NCBI GenBank assembly: GCA_951406725.2
Contig: OX597822.1
Location: 14,198,001-14,262,000 of the forward strand
From: Octopus vulgaris
Taxonomy: Eukaryota
DNA length: 64,000 nt
Reading direction: 5' to 3'
The translations under genes were made by a program, and so were the position numbers. Shown in pieces: positions 14,877 through 29,240 of the stretch. A model generated the notes under the pieces. The model ran no database searches, was not told where the DNA came from, and saw only the letters and a list, made by a program, of their open reading frames with translations. Positions within the stretch are counted from its first letter, which is position 1. The number at the start of each line of letters is the position of its first letter.

Positions 14877-16259
14877 CTGAACGCAAATTTTTCTACCGAT
14901 CTAATCTGAAGAATATCAACAAATAATTAGCAATAATTTGAGATTTTATGGGCTGCGACATGCGGGTCTTCAATCTAGGTAACAGCGACCCCTTGACATT
15001 CTGAATATACAAGTGGGTGAAAAATGTCAAAGAGGCCCTGATGAGGTCGTTAGGTATTTAGAATGCCACGATTTTAAAATCGTAGCCGTTCTCAACGTAA
15101 GCATTGTACACCAGCCACTGAGTTGTGATTATATTCCAATTTGGACTTTGTATTACTGGTAAGCAGAAACCAGACTGGTGATGTACCAAAGTCCCATGTT
15201 CGTAGTTTGCTTCGTTTAGATATAAACCGGTATGGAATGAGTATTAATTATTAATATTTAATATATTAAACGAATATCATTTATTGAAATTAAAGCGAAA
15301 TATAGGAAATATGGAGCTTTTAGTTTTGACTCTTTCACAAATATTTTTCTGACGTGTTATATATAAATATATCTATGTTTATTTATATTGATCCTCACTG
15401 GTTAGTGTGGTTGTATTAAATTGGAAACAAACGTTGTGATGATTTGCGTAAAAGCAAGTGAAGTTTGTGTACGATTTGATGAAACAGCCCTGCATGACTG
15501 CGTGTCTTTATTACTGGTCTGTGATCCTGTTACTAAAGAGTTGCTAGAATCTGAGACAAAATTTTCAACGATTTACAAAACTGAAAAAAAAATTAAGGTA
15601 ATTCTAATAAACCACTTGAGGAAAGATCTTCTTTGAAACTGCTTGGCCTTATTTTCTGACCTGATCTTTCTGGGATTCTTACATACAATCAATTGATAGG
15701 TCTGCTTCCTGCAAGACTGGGTCATTGTGTAGGTCAAAGGACTACCTCACATTTCAGGCAATTTTGTATTTTTACATGTCCACAATTCATCCTTTTATGG
15801 AATGTTGTTGTCATATTTGGGCCGGTGCACCGTCTTGTCACTTGTCTCTCCTCGATCGGGTTCAGGTATGAGTCCCTAATTTGATTGGTCCCTCTCTTGC
15901 TTCGACTCTGCAATCTTTGTCACATCAACGTGATGTCACCAGATTTAGTCTTTTCTACCATTATTGCTAAAAGAATTGCTCTGAAGAACTTTCTCTCTTT
16001 GTGCCAGATCACTTTGTACTATCTCACCTAACTTGAAACTCACATCGCTTTCATCCAAATGCTGTTGTACTTCCATGAATAAGGAAATCTTTCTCTGGTC
16101 GTAGCTGTTTTTCATGAATTGCCAGACTTCGGAATTCTCTTTCAACTCATTGTATTATTCCTTCTTACGACCAGAACTCTTCCAGGTAAATTCATTCTTT
16201 TTTTCGTCTTAATTTCTCCCTTTTCTTAGTCATTTACACTTAGTGGCTGTGTTATTTAT

Positions 16260-16500
16260 AGGCAACATTTAACTGTAAGACGTCTTCGTGATAAACTAAA
16301 TAAAGCTTTACAGGTTGTAATCGAAGCAATAAATAAGACCAAAGCTCGACCGCTAAATACATGTATGTTCTTTGTTGTTGATATTTTGTAAATAAATGTC
16401 ATTATTGTTCCTTTCGCTTGAACAAGGGACATCTTGTCTCCCTGCTGTTTAAATTTGAATAATTCTTTCGTTAAAAATGTCAGAAAGGCAATCAATATTT
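16260..16500 (-). mobile_element. hAT (Charlie/Buster-like) transposase remnant
   Basis: IAFLT..KELFKFKQQGDKMSLVQAKGTIMTFIYKI resembles the hAT LAFLxD..LNxxLQG..I..FxxKL segment. Confidence 0.55.
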
Positions 16501-17001
16501 GGTTGTAGCGTTGGTAGTTGCGGTTGTAGTACTCACTCTGGCAATGGTGATTGTGATAGTGATGTAGCAAATAGTAGTAGTAGTAGTAGAGGTTATAATT
16601 GTAGCAATAGTAGTATGTATGGTTACGGTAGTAGTGGTAGTAACAGTAGTGGTAGTGGGAGTAGCAGAGGTTCTAGTAGTAGTAGTAGTAGTTGTTGTTG
16701 TTGTATAAGTAGTAGAGATTATACTAACATTGGTGGTGATTGTGGTTGTGATAGCGATGGTGGTAGTTGTAGTAGTACATTTATTTGCTTAATCTGAAGG
16801 AAGGGTGATACCGTTGTCCATAGAATTCAAAGACCCTCCAAAGATCTTGGAAGCAGGACTGATCTTTAAATATTATTTCATTTACAATTTAAAAAGAAAT
16901 CAAGTAACTTCGCATTGACCCTCTCCAGTTTGAGTGCAGGAACTAAACAAATTCCGGTTTGGGAAAGCTCCGCTTACACAACTAAAATATGTCGTTTGTT
17001 A

Positions 17002-17494
17002 TCTTATATAATACATGCTAATGTCAGTGTATAGCATTTTTTCAACTTTACTCTTAGAAGCCGTAGTGCAACATATACCATTTTGGAATCAGGCTGACAC
17101 CGTGAGTAAATTAAAAACATTCCGGACCGAATCCGGACCCGCAATCCTGAAATTTTGGATTCCCAAGTTTTCATTACTGCAATTGTTTTCGGCGATTTTT
17201 TTACGTGATTTTTTTGAGACAAATTCTTTGTACAATAACAATTTTTATAACTTGGAAATATATTTTGGAAATAATTGAAATTATTTGCGAAATCCAGCGA
17301 TAATTTTCGGCGATTTTTTACGTGATCTTTGCGACGAATATGATCATCATTGGAATATGACTTTAGAGGAAGCAACTACAACAAATTCTCCAAAACAAGT
17401 CCGAGATCTGTTTGCAGATCTTCCCATTCGGGTCAGTTGCTTAAAATCTATATACTTGCTTAAAAGCCGCCCTATCGCGCGGCTTTTGAGCTAG
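17002..17494 (+). mobile_element. Helitron deletion derivative carrying a RepHel remnant
   Basis: A|TC 5' end, hairpin AAAAGCCGC..GCGGCTTTT and CTAG|T 3' end. Peptide DHHWNMTLEEATTTNSPKQVRDLFA matches the RepHel DDxxWxxTLxEA..SPxQLRxLFA motif. Confidence 0.85.
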
Positions 17495-17519
17495 TTTCTT
17501 ATATGTGAGAACAAAAGTT

Positions 17520-18050
17520 CTGGCTTAGCTCCAGATGACAACTTTGCTACGAAAGCAAAGAAAGCCTGCGATAATTGCCTGCGAAGTTGAATTTTAAAAA
17601 AGAAATATGGATGAAACAATGTATGTTAGTATCTTGAAAACAAACTAGCAGATTTTCTTGCCTTTCTGATACTTTAACAAATGAAATTCAAACAGCAAGG
17701 AAATAAAATCTCGTTGAATCAAAAGAATAGAAATTACATTTCTCAGCGAAGTTCAATTTCCAAGTTACAACATGGTAGATCAAAACTTCTATCATTTTCC
17801 CCACATAAAAGGCATTTCTGGAAATATATGCTGACCAAGAATATTAACATCTTCATCTTCTAGCGTTGAAGAAAGACATGGTTTGTAGATTTTAAAATAT
17901 TGGAGAGCTGAAAATATCAGCTTTGGCTGTAAATCGATTTCCGATCGATGCAAACAAATCTCACAGCAGATCTATTTGAAGAACTGTTAGTCTTACAAAA
18001 TGGCTTTGAAGTTCAGATGCTATTTCACTCAAAGAGTAATCGAGTTTCAT
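17520..18050 (+). mobile_element. hAT transposase remnant
   Basis: MKFKQQGNKISL, DMVCRF and DLFEELLVLQN; similar to the 16260 fragment but in opposite orientation. Confidence 0.55.
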
Positions 18051-19148
18051 TATTACCGACGGAAGCAATATTAGTTCAAAATAGCATTCTGTCAATCTTA
18101 ACGTGGATATTCTGTAGAAAGCCAGAAAACTGCAATATTCGTCTTGAGAAAGCACCTCGAATAGACGCACAGTGCTGAAAAGCACTGAAATAGCAGACGA
18201 CCATCGTCTGGCAGCAGCTGTGGAATTGTAAAATCCGGATTTCTGCAACGTCGCGCATCATCCGTCGCATGTATCCACCACCAACAAGAACATGCTCAGA
18301 TCAATTTAGCCTCTACTGATATAGAAAAACAATGACCAGCATTATATGTCTTTACGAGATGCTTTCTCGAGAGGATTACCGTAGTTTCCTTGCCTTCCAC
18401 AGAAAGTATATCACCGTAAACATTTTTATCATAAACGTACTTGCCGTAAGAGATTTCACTGTAAAGGAGGCACATGAGCAAATTATAAACTAGATGACGC
18501 ATTTTAAAGAAATTACCTTTCACTAATTAGAAAGTTAATTAATGAAGTTGCCATTTTAAGAAAACGATCGATCTGTTTTCTATTGCAACGTATTCTTTTA
18601 AAGACGAACTTTCCAACGGCAAAAATGTTTGCGATGAATTTTTACGGAGACGATACAGAAAGTTGATGGAGATTATTGTTTAAGCAAATAAAAACAAAAC
18701 GTGTCTTTGGAAGGAAGTTGATTTGTTGTTGGTGTTTCCTTCCTCCCACCTGGTTGAGAAAGGATTCAGAACAGTTGTACAATAGTTAACTAAACAGTGA
18801 ATGAGATTTAAGTCTCTCTTAGATAAATATCAAACCTAATGTTACTTTTAACTATTAAACTTTGTTTCCAGAATATTATCGTAAATTATCTTACATTTAT
18901 TTTCTTTTATCTCAAAGATAACCAAAAACTGATTTGTTAACACAAATAATAAAACTAGGAATAGTTTATTTAAAAATTCGTTTGTAGTGTTGTCCTTTGT
19001 TCCCTCACTGTGCGTGTCTGTCTGTCTGCCTGTCTGTCTGTGTCGCACTCTCTGTGTGTATATATATATATATATATATGACCTCGTGTGTACCGTTGGC
19101 GATTTTTTTTCCTCTGTCTTCCCTTCTCTGGATCTTTCCTTCTCCTAT

Positions 19149-19183
19149 GTTTCCGACGAAGAGCTCCGCTCGAAACGTTAAAC
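19149..19183 (+). ncRNA. Minimal hammerhead motif with a core U4C change
   Basis: GTTT-CCGACGA-A-GAGC-TCC-GCTC-GAAAC-GTT-AAAC; same repeat family as 8975. Confidence 0.6.
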
Positions 19184-19375
19184 CCTCCTCCTTTCCTTCT
19201 TTCATGAGCATCCAATAATACGCGTTGTTGTGTTTTTTTGTGCTTTCTTGTTTGGATTAACTTTATATATATATATATATATATATATACATACGCCCAA
19301 GGAGCCACGCAGTGGGACGGAACCTGGAACCATGTGGTTGGTAAGCAACCCACTTACCACACAGCCACTCCTGCG

Positions 19376-19416
<41 letters not shown>

Positions 19417-19421
<5 letters not shown>

Positions 19422-19568
19422 CAATAAGAGGCTTCCAAATAGGAAAGCGTTGTGATAGAAAGAGCAGTAGAAATCTCAAAACCACAAGAAGAAAGATTTG
19501 TGGTTTTGAGATTTCTACTGCTCTTTCTAGCACAACGCTTTCCTATTTGGAAGCCTCTTTTTGTATTT
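19417..19568. repeat. 71-bp-arm hairpin
   Basis: 19417-19487 is the reverse complement of 19498-19568 with 2 mismatches; 10-nt loop. Confidence 0.95.
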
Positions 19569-19656
19569 CTATATGCATAATATATAGTCTAATGACTAAT
19601 TCGTGTTTTGTGCTAGGCCACTGGTAATAATAATTTATTATTGCCCTATGTATTAT

Positions 19657-19703
<47 letters not shown>

Positions 19704-19866
19704 TGTATGCATACATATATACATATACATGCATACATACATACATACATATATATATATCTGTATACACACACAACACACACACACACACACACATATA
19801 TGTGTGTGTGTGTGAATCGGCGATTTTTTGCCCCCCCCCCCGTCTTCCTCTATTGGACTTTCCTCT

Positions 19867-19901
19867 GTTTCTGAAGAGGAGCTTTGCCCGAAACGTTAAA
19901 C
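19867..19901 (+). ncRNA. Minimal hammerhead motif
   Basis: GTTT-CTGAAGA-G-GAGC-TTT-GCCC-GAAAC-GTT-AAAC; one stem II mismatch. Confidence 0.6.
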
Positions 19902-20002
19902 CACATTTCTTTTCTTCCCTGAGCGTCTGCTAATACTTTTCATGTACCACGACCTCGCGTTGTTGTGTTTTTGTTTGTTCTTCGTTATTTTGGATTTACT
20001 AT

Positions 20003-20090
<88 letters not shown>

Positions 20091-21164
20091 ATACATACAC
20101 GTGCACTTAGAAATCTAAATATACTTTCACAATATAAGTCTTCAAGGCAGCCAACTCGCAGAATCGGTAGAGCGGCGAACAGTGTGGCTAGTGATATTTA
20201 TTCCGGTTCTGTAAGTTCTGAGTTAAAACCCCGCCGTGTTCGATTATCTAAAGTACCAATCCAGTAGAAAGGGTCGATAGATTCCATTAATTCGTCCTCT
20301 CAAAGTTGCAGGCTCTGTGTCTAAATCAAAAACCATTACCTAAAACCTCGTCTTATATAATTTCCGTAAAAATTTGACTCAGGAAGAAACAGTAACCAAC
20401 GCAAATATCTAAAACGTGGGGCATGTTGAGTGGTTAATGTGGCTGTGTAGTTAAGAAGCTCGCTTTGTAACCACGCAGTTTCGAGTTCAGTCTCTCTGCG
20501 TGTCACCTCGGCCATCTACCTTCTGCTATATTCGTGGGCCAACTTAATGCCTTGTAAGTGAATTTAATAGCTGGAAACCGCTATGTGTTTAGGCTTGTCC
20601 ACAGTTTCATCGATTGTTTACGTTTCTGTAACTTAGCGGTTCGGCTCAAGGAACTGATTCAATAATTACGAAACTTTGAAAAATGATTACTGAGGTCAAT
20701 TTGTTGGCCTAAACCTTTCAAAGTGGTGCCCCAGCAAGGCCGCAATACAATGACTGAATCAAGCAAAATCTAAGCATCAAAAGATTCGTCATATCAACCA
20801 GTAAGTCCCAACCTTTAATAACTCAGCGATCCCTTTCACACGGTGACATTTTACAAAGGCACCCCCTCTCGCCCACCACCACATATTTTGCATAGTCCGA
20901 AGCTATAGTAAAAACACTTGCCCAAGGTGCCACGTGGTGCAATTGAACCCTAAATCACGCGGTTGCCAAGCAAGTTTCTTTACCACACAACCATACCTGT
21001 ACAGACGCAGGCATGGCTGTGTGATAAGAAGCTTGCTTCCCAACCACATGGTCCCGGGTTCAGTCCCACTGCGTTGTACCTTAGGCAAGTGTCTTCAACT
21101 ATAGACTTGGGTTGACCAAGGCCTTGCGAGTGGATTTGATTGACGGAAAGTATATAAATATAGC

Positions 21165-21214
<50 letters not shown>

Positions 21215-22093
21215 TGCGTGCTTGTGTTTGTCCCCCACTACGGCTTGATAACCAGTGCTGGTGTGTTTACGTCCCCATAAGTTAGTGGTTCGTCAAATGG
21301 ACCGATAGAATAAGTATCAAGCTTTTAAAAAATAAGTACTGGGATCGATTCGTTCGACTAAAACTACTTCAAGGCGGTGCCCCAGCATGGCCGTAGCGGA
21401 ATGACTGTAAAAGGTAAAAAGATAACGAAAAAAACAAAAAAAAAAAAGCTATAGAAAAATGACAACAAACACACGTAAAACCACGATTTAGCTGAGTGAC
21501 AGGTGACACAAGCAGACAACGAGGTACGAGGTTCTGTTCACATTTGTGACTCATTATATTTCCTGCCACGGGGTATTTCTCCTGACACAAATATCTCCAT
21601 TTACGTCATAAGACAGAAAATCTAATTCATTCATAATTTTTTAGGCCAACAATAAAGGACGTTTAACGAAATGTGAAGAACCAGCATTCACGCCTACTTG
21701 TCAAGCATTGCTCATAAACAAAAACAGGCTGGTAAGCATGTAAGGACCTTCGGGCGCGGCAGAGCTTCCTTGCTTAAGAAGTCACTAAAGTTGCTATTAC
21801 AAAAGGAAGAAAAAAAGCAACAAACAAAAACAAGGTTGGAAATTACAAAGATATACTTAAATAAATATTTACCTCGCAGTTTCTACTGGTATAAGCATAG
21901 TGTGGCATGTGTGTGTATAAATACTTGGGTTGGGTACACCCGAGCACAGCATGAAATCATATGAAGTTACTTTGACCTGAAAATAAATATTTCTTCGTTT
22001 GGTGACACACGCTCAGAAGCGCGGGCGGACATACACATATACATATACGGATCTACATATACATACATACATACATGAATGCATACATACATA

Positions 22094-23384
22094 CGAGGGC
22101 CGTTCAATAAGTAATGCCCCTGACCCACTTCCCATAGCAGTAGAGCAACGAAACTTAGCACAGTTATTAGTATTTTTCTACATAGGAATCACCCAGAGTT
22201 ACGCATTTCTCCCATCGTTTAATGCAGCTCTGGAGACCGTTTTTGTAGAAGAGCTCAGCTTGATCCTCCAACCACGACGTGACTTCAGAAATCAAGGCTG
22301 CATCATCTGGGAAACGTTTTCCTTTCAAAAACAACTTCATGGATGGGTAGAGGTGAAAATCAGAGGGTGCAAGGTCAGGAGAGTAGGGGGATGGGGGAGG
22401 AGTTCATAGCCGCACGCCTGTGCTTCTGTTCTGGCGACACGCGAGTTGTGGACCGGAGCGTTGTCCTGCAGGAGGAGAATGCCTTTGCTGATCTTTCCCC
22501 GCCTCTTGATTTTGATAACTTCTCTTAATTTCCTCAAAAGTGAAGCATAATAGGCTCCTGTAATTGTGGTACCCTTTGCCAGGAAATCTGTCACCACTAC
22601 TCCGTCCTGGTCCCAGAAGACTGTGAGCATGACCTTGCCAGCGAATGGCTGCACCCTTGCCTTCTTTGGAGGAGGTGAGTCACGGTGCTTCCACTGCATT
22701 GACTGGACTTTGGTCTCTGGATCATAGTGATGGACTCAGCTTTCATCCTGTGTAATCAGTCTTTTGAAAACTTTTGACTCATCTTCTTGGCACATCTCCA
22801 AATTTATCCTCGAGCACTCGACGCGTTCTTGCTTCTGGAAAGGTGTGAGCAACCTGGGAATCCATCTGGCAGACACCTTTTACATATGCAAATGGTCATG
22901 AATGATAGTTTCCACAGACCCGGTACTAATCTTGACCTGATGGGCTATTTGGCGAATTGTTATGCGTCGATCTTCCAAAATGGCAGCCCAACTTGATGGA
23001 CAGATGTCTCATCAATGGCAGAAAGGAGGCGACCAGATCTGGGAGCTGTTTCCACAGAGTTCCGACCATGTTTGAATTCACGATGCCAGCGTTTTACAAG
23101 GTCCTATGATGGGGCATCATCACCATAAGTTACTTTCATTTCAGCAAAAGTCTCCCGTGGTGTGCGTCCTTTCAAATACAAAAACCGGATCACTGCTCGA
23201 CACTCAACAGGCTCCATTTCACACTTGACTCAGTTCAAACACTTGTAAATCAGAAACCACAGTTAGGTCAGAGCTGTAATTTGCCACTTACTCTATAGAG
23301 ATATAAATAGTTGCACATGCAAAATTTCAGCTAGATCAAACAACTGCAAGTGGGTCAGGGGGATTACTTATTGAACGTCCCTCG
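22094..23384 (-). mobile_element. Full-length mariner (DD34D) transposon with disrupted transposase
   Basis: TA-flanked TIRs CGAGGGCCGTTCAATAAG / CTTATTGAACGTCCCTCG; 1291 bp. CDS remnant 23217-22167 reads MEPVECRAVIRFL...GKVMLTVFWD...LQDNAPVH...PHPP/SPDLAPSDF, with frameshifts and stops. Confidence 0.93.
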
Positions 23385-23412
23385 TACATACATACATACA
23401 TACATACATACA

Positions 23413-23445
<33 letters not shown>

Positions 23446-23786
23446 TCATACATATATACATATACATATACATATCTACCTATCTATCTATCTATACAAC
23501 ACACACACACACATCTCTCTCTCTCTCTCTTAGAAGAAATGAGGTAATCAGAAGATCGGATGGTTCATATTTACAGATATTTATTTATATTACATTTTTT
23601 ACATATATATCATATCACTTAGATCACTAGCGCTTTCTCCCATTCTAGTGGGGTTTTCAAATCAAAATAATTCCTTTGTGGGGAATTTTAATCATTTTAT
23701 AGAGTTTCGTAGTGGTGGGGAGGAACAAGACAGCACAAGAGGGTGAAGTGGATGAGGAGGAAGTGAGAGAGAGAACATGTGTGTAT

Positions 23787-23829
<43 letters not shown>

Positions 23830-24159
23830 TATCTGAGGCTAAAGAAAAAGAGGGGAAGAAGAAGAAGGATTTCCTTTGGCCTGCTGGACCCCCAAGGGAG
23901 TTCTAAGAATTTTAGCCTTTGTCCATTTTAGTGTCACTGAGTGTGTGTTGGTGGGTAGGCAGGCCATAAATTACACCTTTTATGATTTTGAGGATGGTCA
24001 AATGCCATTTGGGGTCTAAGAACTCTTCTACTTTGTATGATCGTTTTGTGGAGGTGTGTGTGTGTGTGTGTGTGCATGTGTGTGTGTGTGTGTCTCTGTG
24101 TTTTTGGAGAAGGGGAGAGAGACAAAAAGAGAAAAGGGAAAATAAAAATAAAAATAAAA

Positions 24160-24227
24160 ATGTATTATATGAATATTTTTCTGTACAAGAATGTGTGTGC
24201 GTGTATTCACACACACTCACACACACA

Positions 24228-24292
<65 letters not shown>

Positions 24293-24471
24293 GCATATAT
24301 ATACACACACTGCACACATATTTACATATACATGCCTGTGTATATTTAGTTAGTATGTATGTGAGTGTGTGTGTGTGTGTGAGTGTGTGTGAGTGTGTGT
24401 GAGTGTGTGTGTGAGTGTGTGTGAATACACGCACACACATTCCTGTACAGAAAAATATTCATATAATACAT
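24160..24471. repeat. Local inverted duplication around CA/TA microsatellites
   Basis: TGTATTATATGAATATTTTTCTGTACAAGAATGTGTGTGCGTGTATTCACAC is mirrored at 24419-24470 with 1 mismatch. Confidence 0.9.
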
Positions 24472-24548
24472 GCATGCATATATGTATGTAGTTTCGTCTT
24501 CGCCTTTATCCACCCATCTATCTATTTGTCTATCTATCTATCTGTCTG

Positions 24549-24634
<86 letters not shown>

Positions 24635-24731
24635 CATCCATCCATCCATTCATCTATCTATCTATCTCTCCATCCAATCGAAGTCACACATATTTACACG
24701 TATTTGGACGGGTATTCGTGGGTGAGTATAC

Positions 24732-24785
<54 letters not shown>

Positions 24786-24920
24786 TACTTAATATATGGC
24801 ACAAACACACACACAAACACACTGTGATGTAAATACCCGATTATAAATATTATGCGTATATGCATGGATGTATACGTCTCCATGCATGTAAACACACTGG
24901 TATATAACTCACACACATAC

Positions 24921-24986
<66 letters not shown>

Positions 24987-26102
24987 CGTATATAATTGCA
25001 AATATATGCATATAAAACCATAAACACGGAGCCAAATCCTTATAATATAAATATAAAATTGACATTCGTCTTACCTGGAAAATATGTCACTGGCGGTGCC
25101 GGGGAAAGGTCAGCTTAGAACTTCGAGTGACGTATGACGTTGTTGGCTGGCTGGCTGGTGGGTTGGTGGGTTGGTGGATAGATATTTCTGGTGGAGGTAG
25201 AGGTGCCTGCGGCCGAGGTGGCGGTGGCAGTGGTGGTGGTGGTATTGACGGTGGCGGTGGTGTTGGTTGGTGATGATGGTGGTGGTGGTGAATAAGTTTA
25301 TGGTGGTGGTGGTAGTGTTGCTCGAGGGAAGATGATTGTGATGGCGGTGGTTGAGGCGATGTTTGTGGTAGTAGTGTAATAGAAGTCGTAGAGGGTTATA
25401 GTAGTTGTAGTAGTAGTTGGTGGTGGTTGTAGTAGTTGCAGCAGTTGCGTGGGTAAAGGTGGTAGCGCAGTGGTTGTTGTAGTGCTGATGGTGGTGGTAC
25501 TATTAATAGTAGTTGTAGTAGTAGTGTCAATGCTTACTGTGATAGTATCAAAAGTGGTATTATTATTATTATTATTATTAGTAGTAGTAGTAGTGATTTT
25601 GATATTGGTGTGTTCTCTTTTATCTTCTACTTGCTTCACTCATTGGGCTGCGACCATACTGGAGCACCATCTTGAAGCGTTTAGTCATCCCATCGTTCAC
25701 TTTTGCCTAATCACTAGGTTACAGAGCTGTAAACAAACCAACACCGGTTGTCAGGATGTATGTGTGCGGGGGTGATGGTGCGGTGGAGGGCTAAACATGC
25801 ACACATATACGACGGGCTTCCACACAGTTTTTACGTCTACTACGAACAAATGGTGGTGGTGGGGGGAGTGCTTTCAAGCAACTCCACCACCCACCCCAAC
25901 AGCATCTACACCCGCATTAACAACACAGCCCTTCTCGTCACCACAACTACTACTACCACAGTCACCATCATCACAAGCACAAGCATGACCGAATTCACGC
26001 ACACACAACAGCACGAACAAAAGAGAGAGAGGGGGAGAGAGAGGGAGAGAGGGAAAAGAAATCGCGAATACAGAACTCAGAACGTAACGACAGACGAAAA
26101 TG

Positions 26103-26160
<58 letters not shown>

Positions 26161-26529
26161 TGTGTGTGTGTGTGTTTATATTTCTTTACTACCCACAAGG
26201 GGCTAAACACAGAGGAGACAAACAAGGACAGACACAGATAATATAAAACTAATGGGTCACACATACCAAAATACAAACATGACACACAATAACTAAATTA
26301 CATTAACCAGCAGTATTCCACAACACATAAGAATTATCCAAATTTTGCAACACGCATACATTTTAAAAAGCAAATACCTTAAAGATGTGAACGATCTCAC
26401 AGTCTAATATAAACAAAAGACTACCTAAAGAATTGGTCGTCGATGCTAGCATGTCCTTTCATAGGAATAAAGTTAGTGACTCTTTTTCTCATTCCTTCTT
26501 GTAAAGTATGTCTGTGCTCAGAATAGGCA

Positions 26530-27650
26530 GTGAAAACGCACGTTGATTGGAGTCGCCCTTAGAAGCAGGGTTACCTACTTAATCATCACAAGCAATTAAA
26601 TATATGTGATGGCCATCTGCGAGATCAGAGTTTCCGATCCACAAGCCTTCATGTGGATACGAGATTTACTTATCTCCATGTCAACTGGGAATGGAAGGTG
26701 GATCTGCGATGTTGTGTCGGAACGGTCTGAATCTCAAGATTCTTGGATTCAGAAAATAAACTTGTGGTCCTGGATGCGAGCAGTAGCGAAGCGGATGTTT
26801 TCAGGTTAGTAGTAAGTGTTTATGCTCCGCTAGTGGGGACATCTGGATTTCTACAGGCGTTTGGAGGTTTTCCTAGGAACATCCCATTCTTTTGTACTAG
26901 AATACTATCTTAAATGTATGTTTGAAGTATACGGGTCTAACTGAGGGGAGAAGGGTGCAATTCCATCACAAACCTGCAGCGACGTTTCCAATCGTCTGAC
27001 AGATACCGACTGGATTTCTCGGATGTGCCATGTGGACTTGACCTAGCCATATCGGTTCATTTAGGTTGTATCTAGGTAGAGTATTCTGTTAACCAGAAGA
27101 TAAGGATAGCACATGTTGTCCACATTTTATAACCGCCGGATACACAAATCACAAATTCGTGACCTGTACGATCGACCTAGATCAGCTTTGTAGAAATAGA
27201 TAGGGTTACTGGAAGCTGAACATGCCATTCCCGGTACGCCAAGCTTATAGAGGCCGGATTAGTGAATTAGCTAAGCGGGTGTTGACGCAGCCAACCATCA
27301 GCAAGCAGTGTTTATCTGTCTGGTGGCTTTAGTGAAAGAGTTTGTGTGGTGGATCAGATTAGAAGGTCTGAAGACAGGCACCTTCCTCCTTGGCCAAGCC
27401 CTCATCACCTTTTTCAAGTTCCATTTGAAAAAAAAAAAAGATGAATAAGAGATTGCTGTCTTCCAGCAAATTTGTTGAACGGTGACTGAGAATAACAAGA
27501 ATGGTAGATACAAACGGGCCTGCTTTGAGCAGGGGTTGAGAGGGAAGGGCGAAGAAAGGACACTCACTCTAGCAATCAGGGTGACCGTAGTTCTGTGAGC
27601 GCAGTCATTGGATATCCCTTCCTTTGGGGGGAGGGGGACATTTTCTTGTT
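26530..27650 (+). mobile_element. Tx1/L1-clade LINE remnant (APE endonuclease joined to C-terminus)
   Basis: FRLVVSVYAP, LEVFLGTS, TNHKFV and GYWKLN, then VFICLVALVKEFVWWIRLEG..FFKFHLK; the RT region is deleted. Confidence 0.75.
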
Positions 27651-28061
27651 TGTAAATCGTCGTCGTCGTCGTCATCATCATCGTCATCATCGCCGCCGCC
27701 GCTCTCGTATTCGTCGTTTAAAAATAAGATTTAAAAATGTCAAAGAAATCATCATCATCATCGTCGTCGTCGTCATTATCAATGTTGTTGTTGTTGTTGT
27801 TGTAACTTTAATTTGGCAGATAACATGGGTGAAAGTCAAAAGTTCTTATCAGAAATCTGGATCAAGACACTTTAGAACCAGAAGAAAGATAACAATACAA
27901 TGTGGTGGTGGTGGTGGTGGTGGGGTGATGGCGGCGATCGTGTTGGTTGTGTCAGTGTTAATTGCTGCTATTCTGGTGATGGTTGTTTCTGGTAATTGCT
28001 AGTAGTAATGCGACATTGATATGTAGATTAGAAATAATTAAGAAATGAAGTAGATAAAATG

Positions 28062-28127
<66 letters not shown>

Positions 28128-28764
28128 TGTGTGTGTTTAAAATAACGTTTCATTTTATTCGTCCCCTACTTTCAGTGAATCCCTGCTAAGGTTGCTAGAA
28201 ACCCAGCAAGGCATGAATAAAACAAGCTAAAAAGGCAGACGAGCCTAGCATGGGGCCAGCGACATCCTAACAATAGCAGGGGCCCTTAGGAATTGCAGGT
28301 CGGTTCCCTGTGTGATTAAATCTACTGGGAGTATGCCACATTGATTTTGTAAAAGTATGTTTTCAGGGGGTATTACCGTATGTGCATGGATGCAGTGGGG
28401 AAATAGCTGGGTTGTGTGAACTGGGTTCGGCAGTCTTGGAAGGCAGACACAAAACCGAACATAAACCGCTCCTCTGATTGTGATTGCCTGTGAAACAGAA
28501 AAAAAAGTAAGGAGATCGATTCTCACAGAAGTATCGATGAGGATTCAAAACCAACAAAATCTGGGGAAGGAAGGTCTTTCCTCAAGGAAACAGATGACGT
28601 GGTGCAGCAAACTCCGAAAGGATGCATAGGCCATACGTTAAAGAAATCAACATCCTGCACTGTATATTAGACCCTAACCGGAAACCCTCAATAGGGGCCG
28701 AAGAGAGAATGGTTTAAAGATAGTGGGATGCGGAACAAGATCAATATATTTCCGCACCAAATGT

Positions 28765-28795
<31 letters not shown>

Positions 28796-29178
28796 CACAC
28801 ACACACACACACACATGTATGTATGTATGTATGTATGTATGTATGTATGTATGTATGTATGTATGTATGTATGTATGTATGTATGTATGTATGTATGTAT
28901 GTATGCATGTATGTATAATCATAATAAGTAACAAGGATATCCAGAAGTAATGCAGTACGATCATTTCACGCAATTCCATTTAAATGAACAATGCAACCAT
29001 TACATCAATTTAAATGCAGAGCAATCCTCAGTTGCACAAAGACATAGAATATAATTAAATTGAAACAGATGGACACATTAGTATAATTTTACTTAAAATC
29101 TCCAAGAAGTTAAAGAGATAGGCAAAGAACATGCTGCCTTCACTTCAGCTTAGAAACTACATATATATATGTAGAAGC

Positions 29179-29240
<62 letters not shown>

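Noticed and set aside
15034-15087. CTGATGA hammerhead-like sequence
   Set aside because: GAAA is missing after stem II, so it is too degenerate to call.
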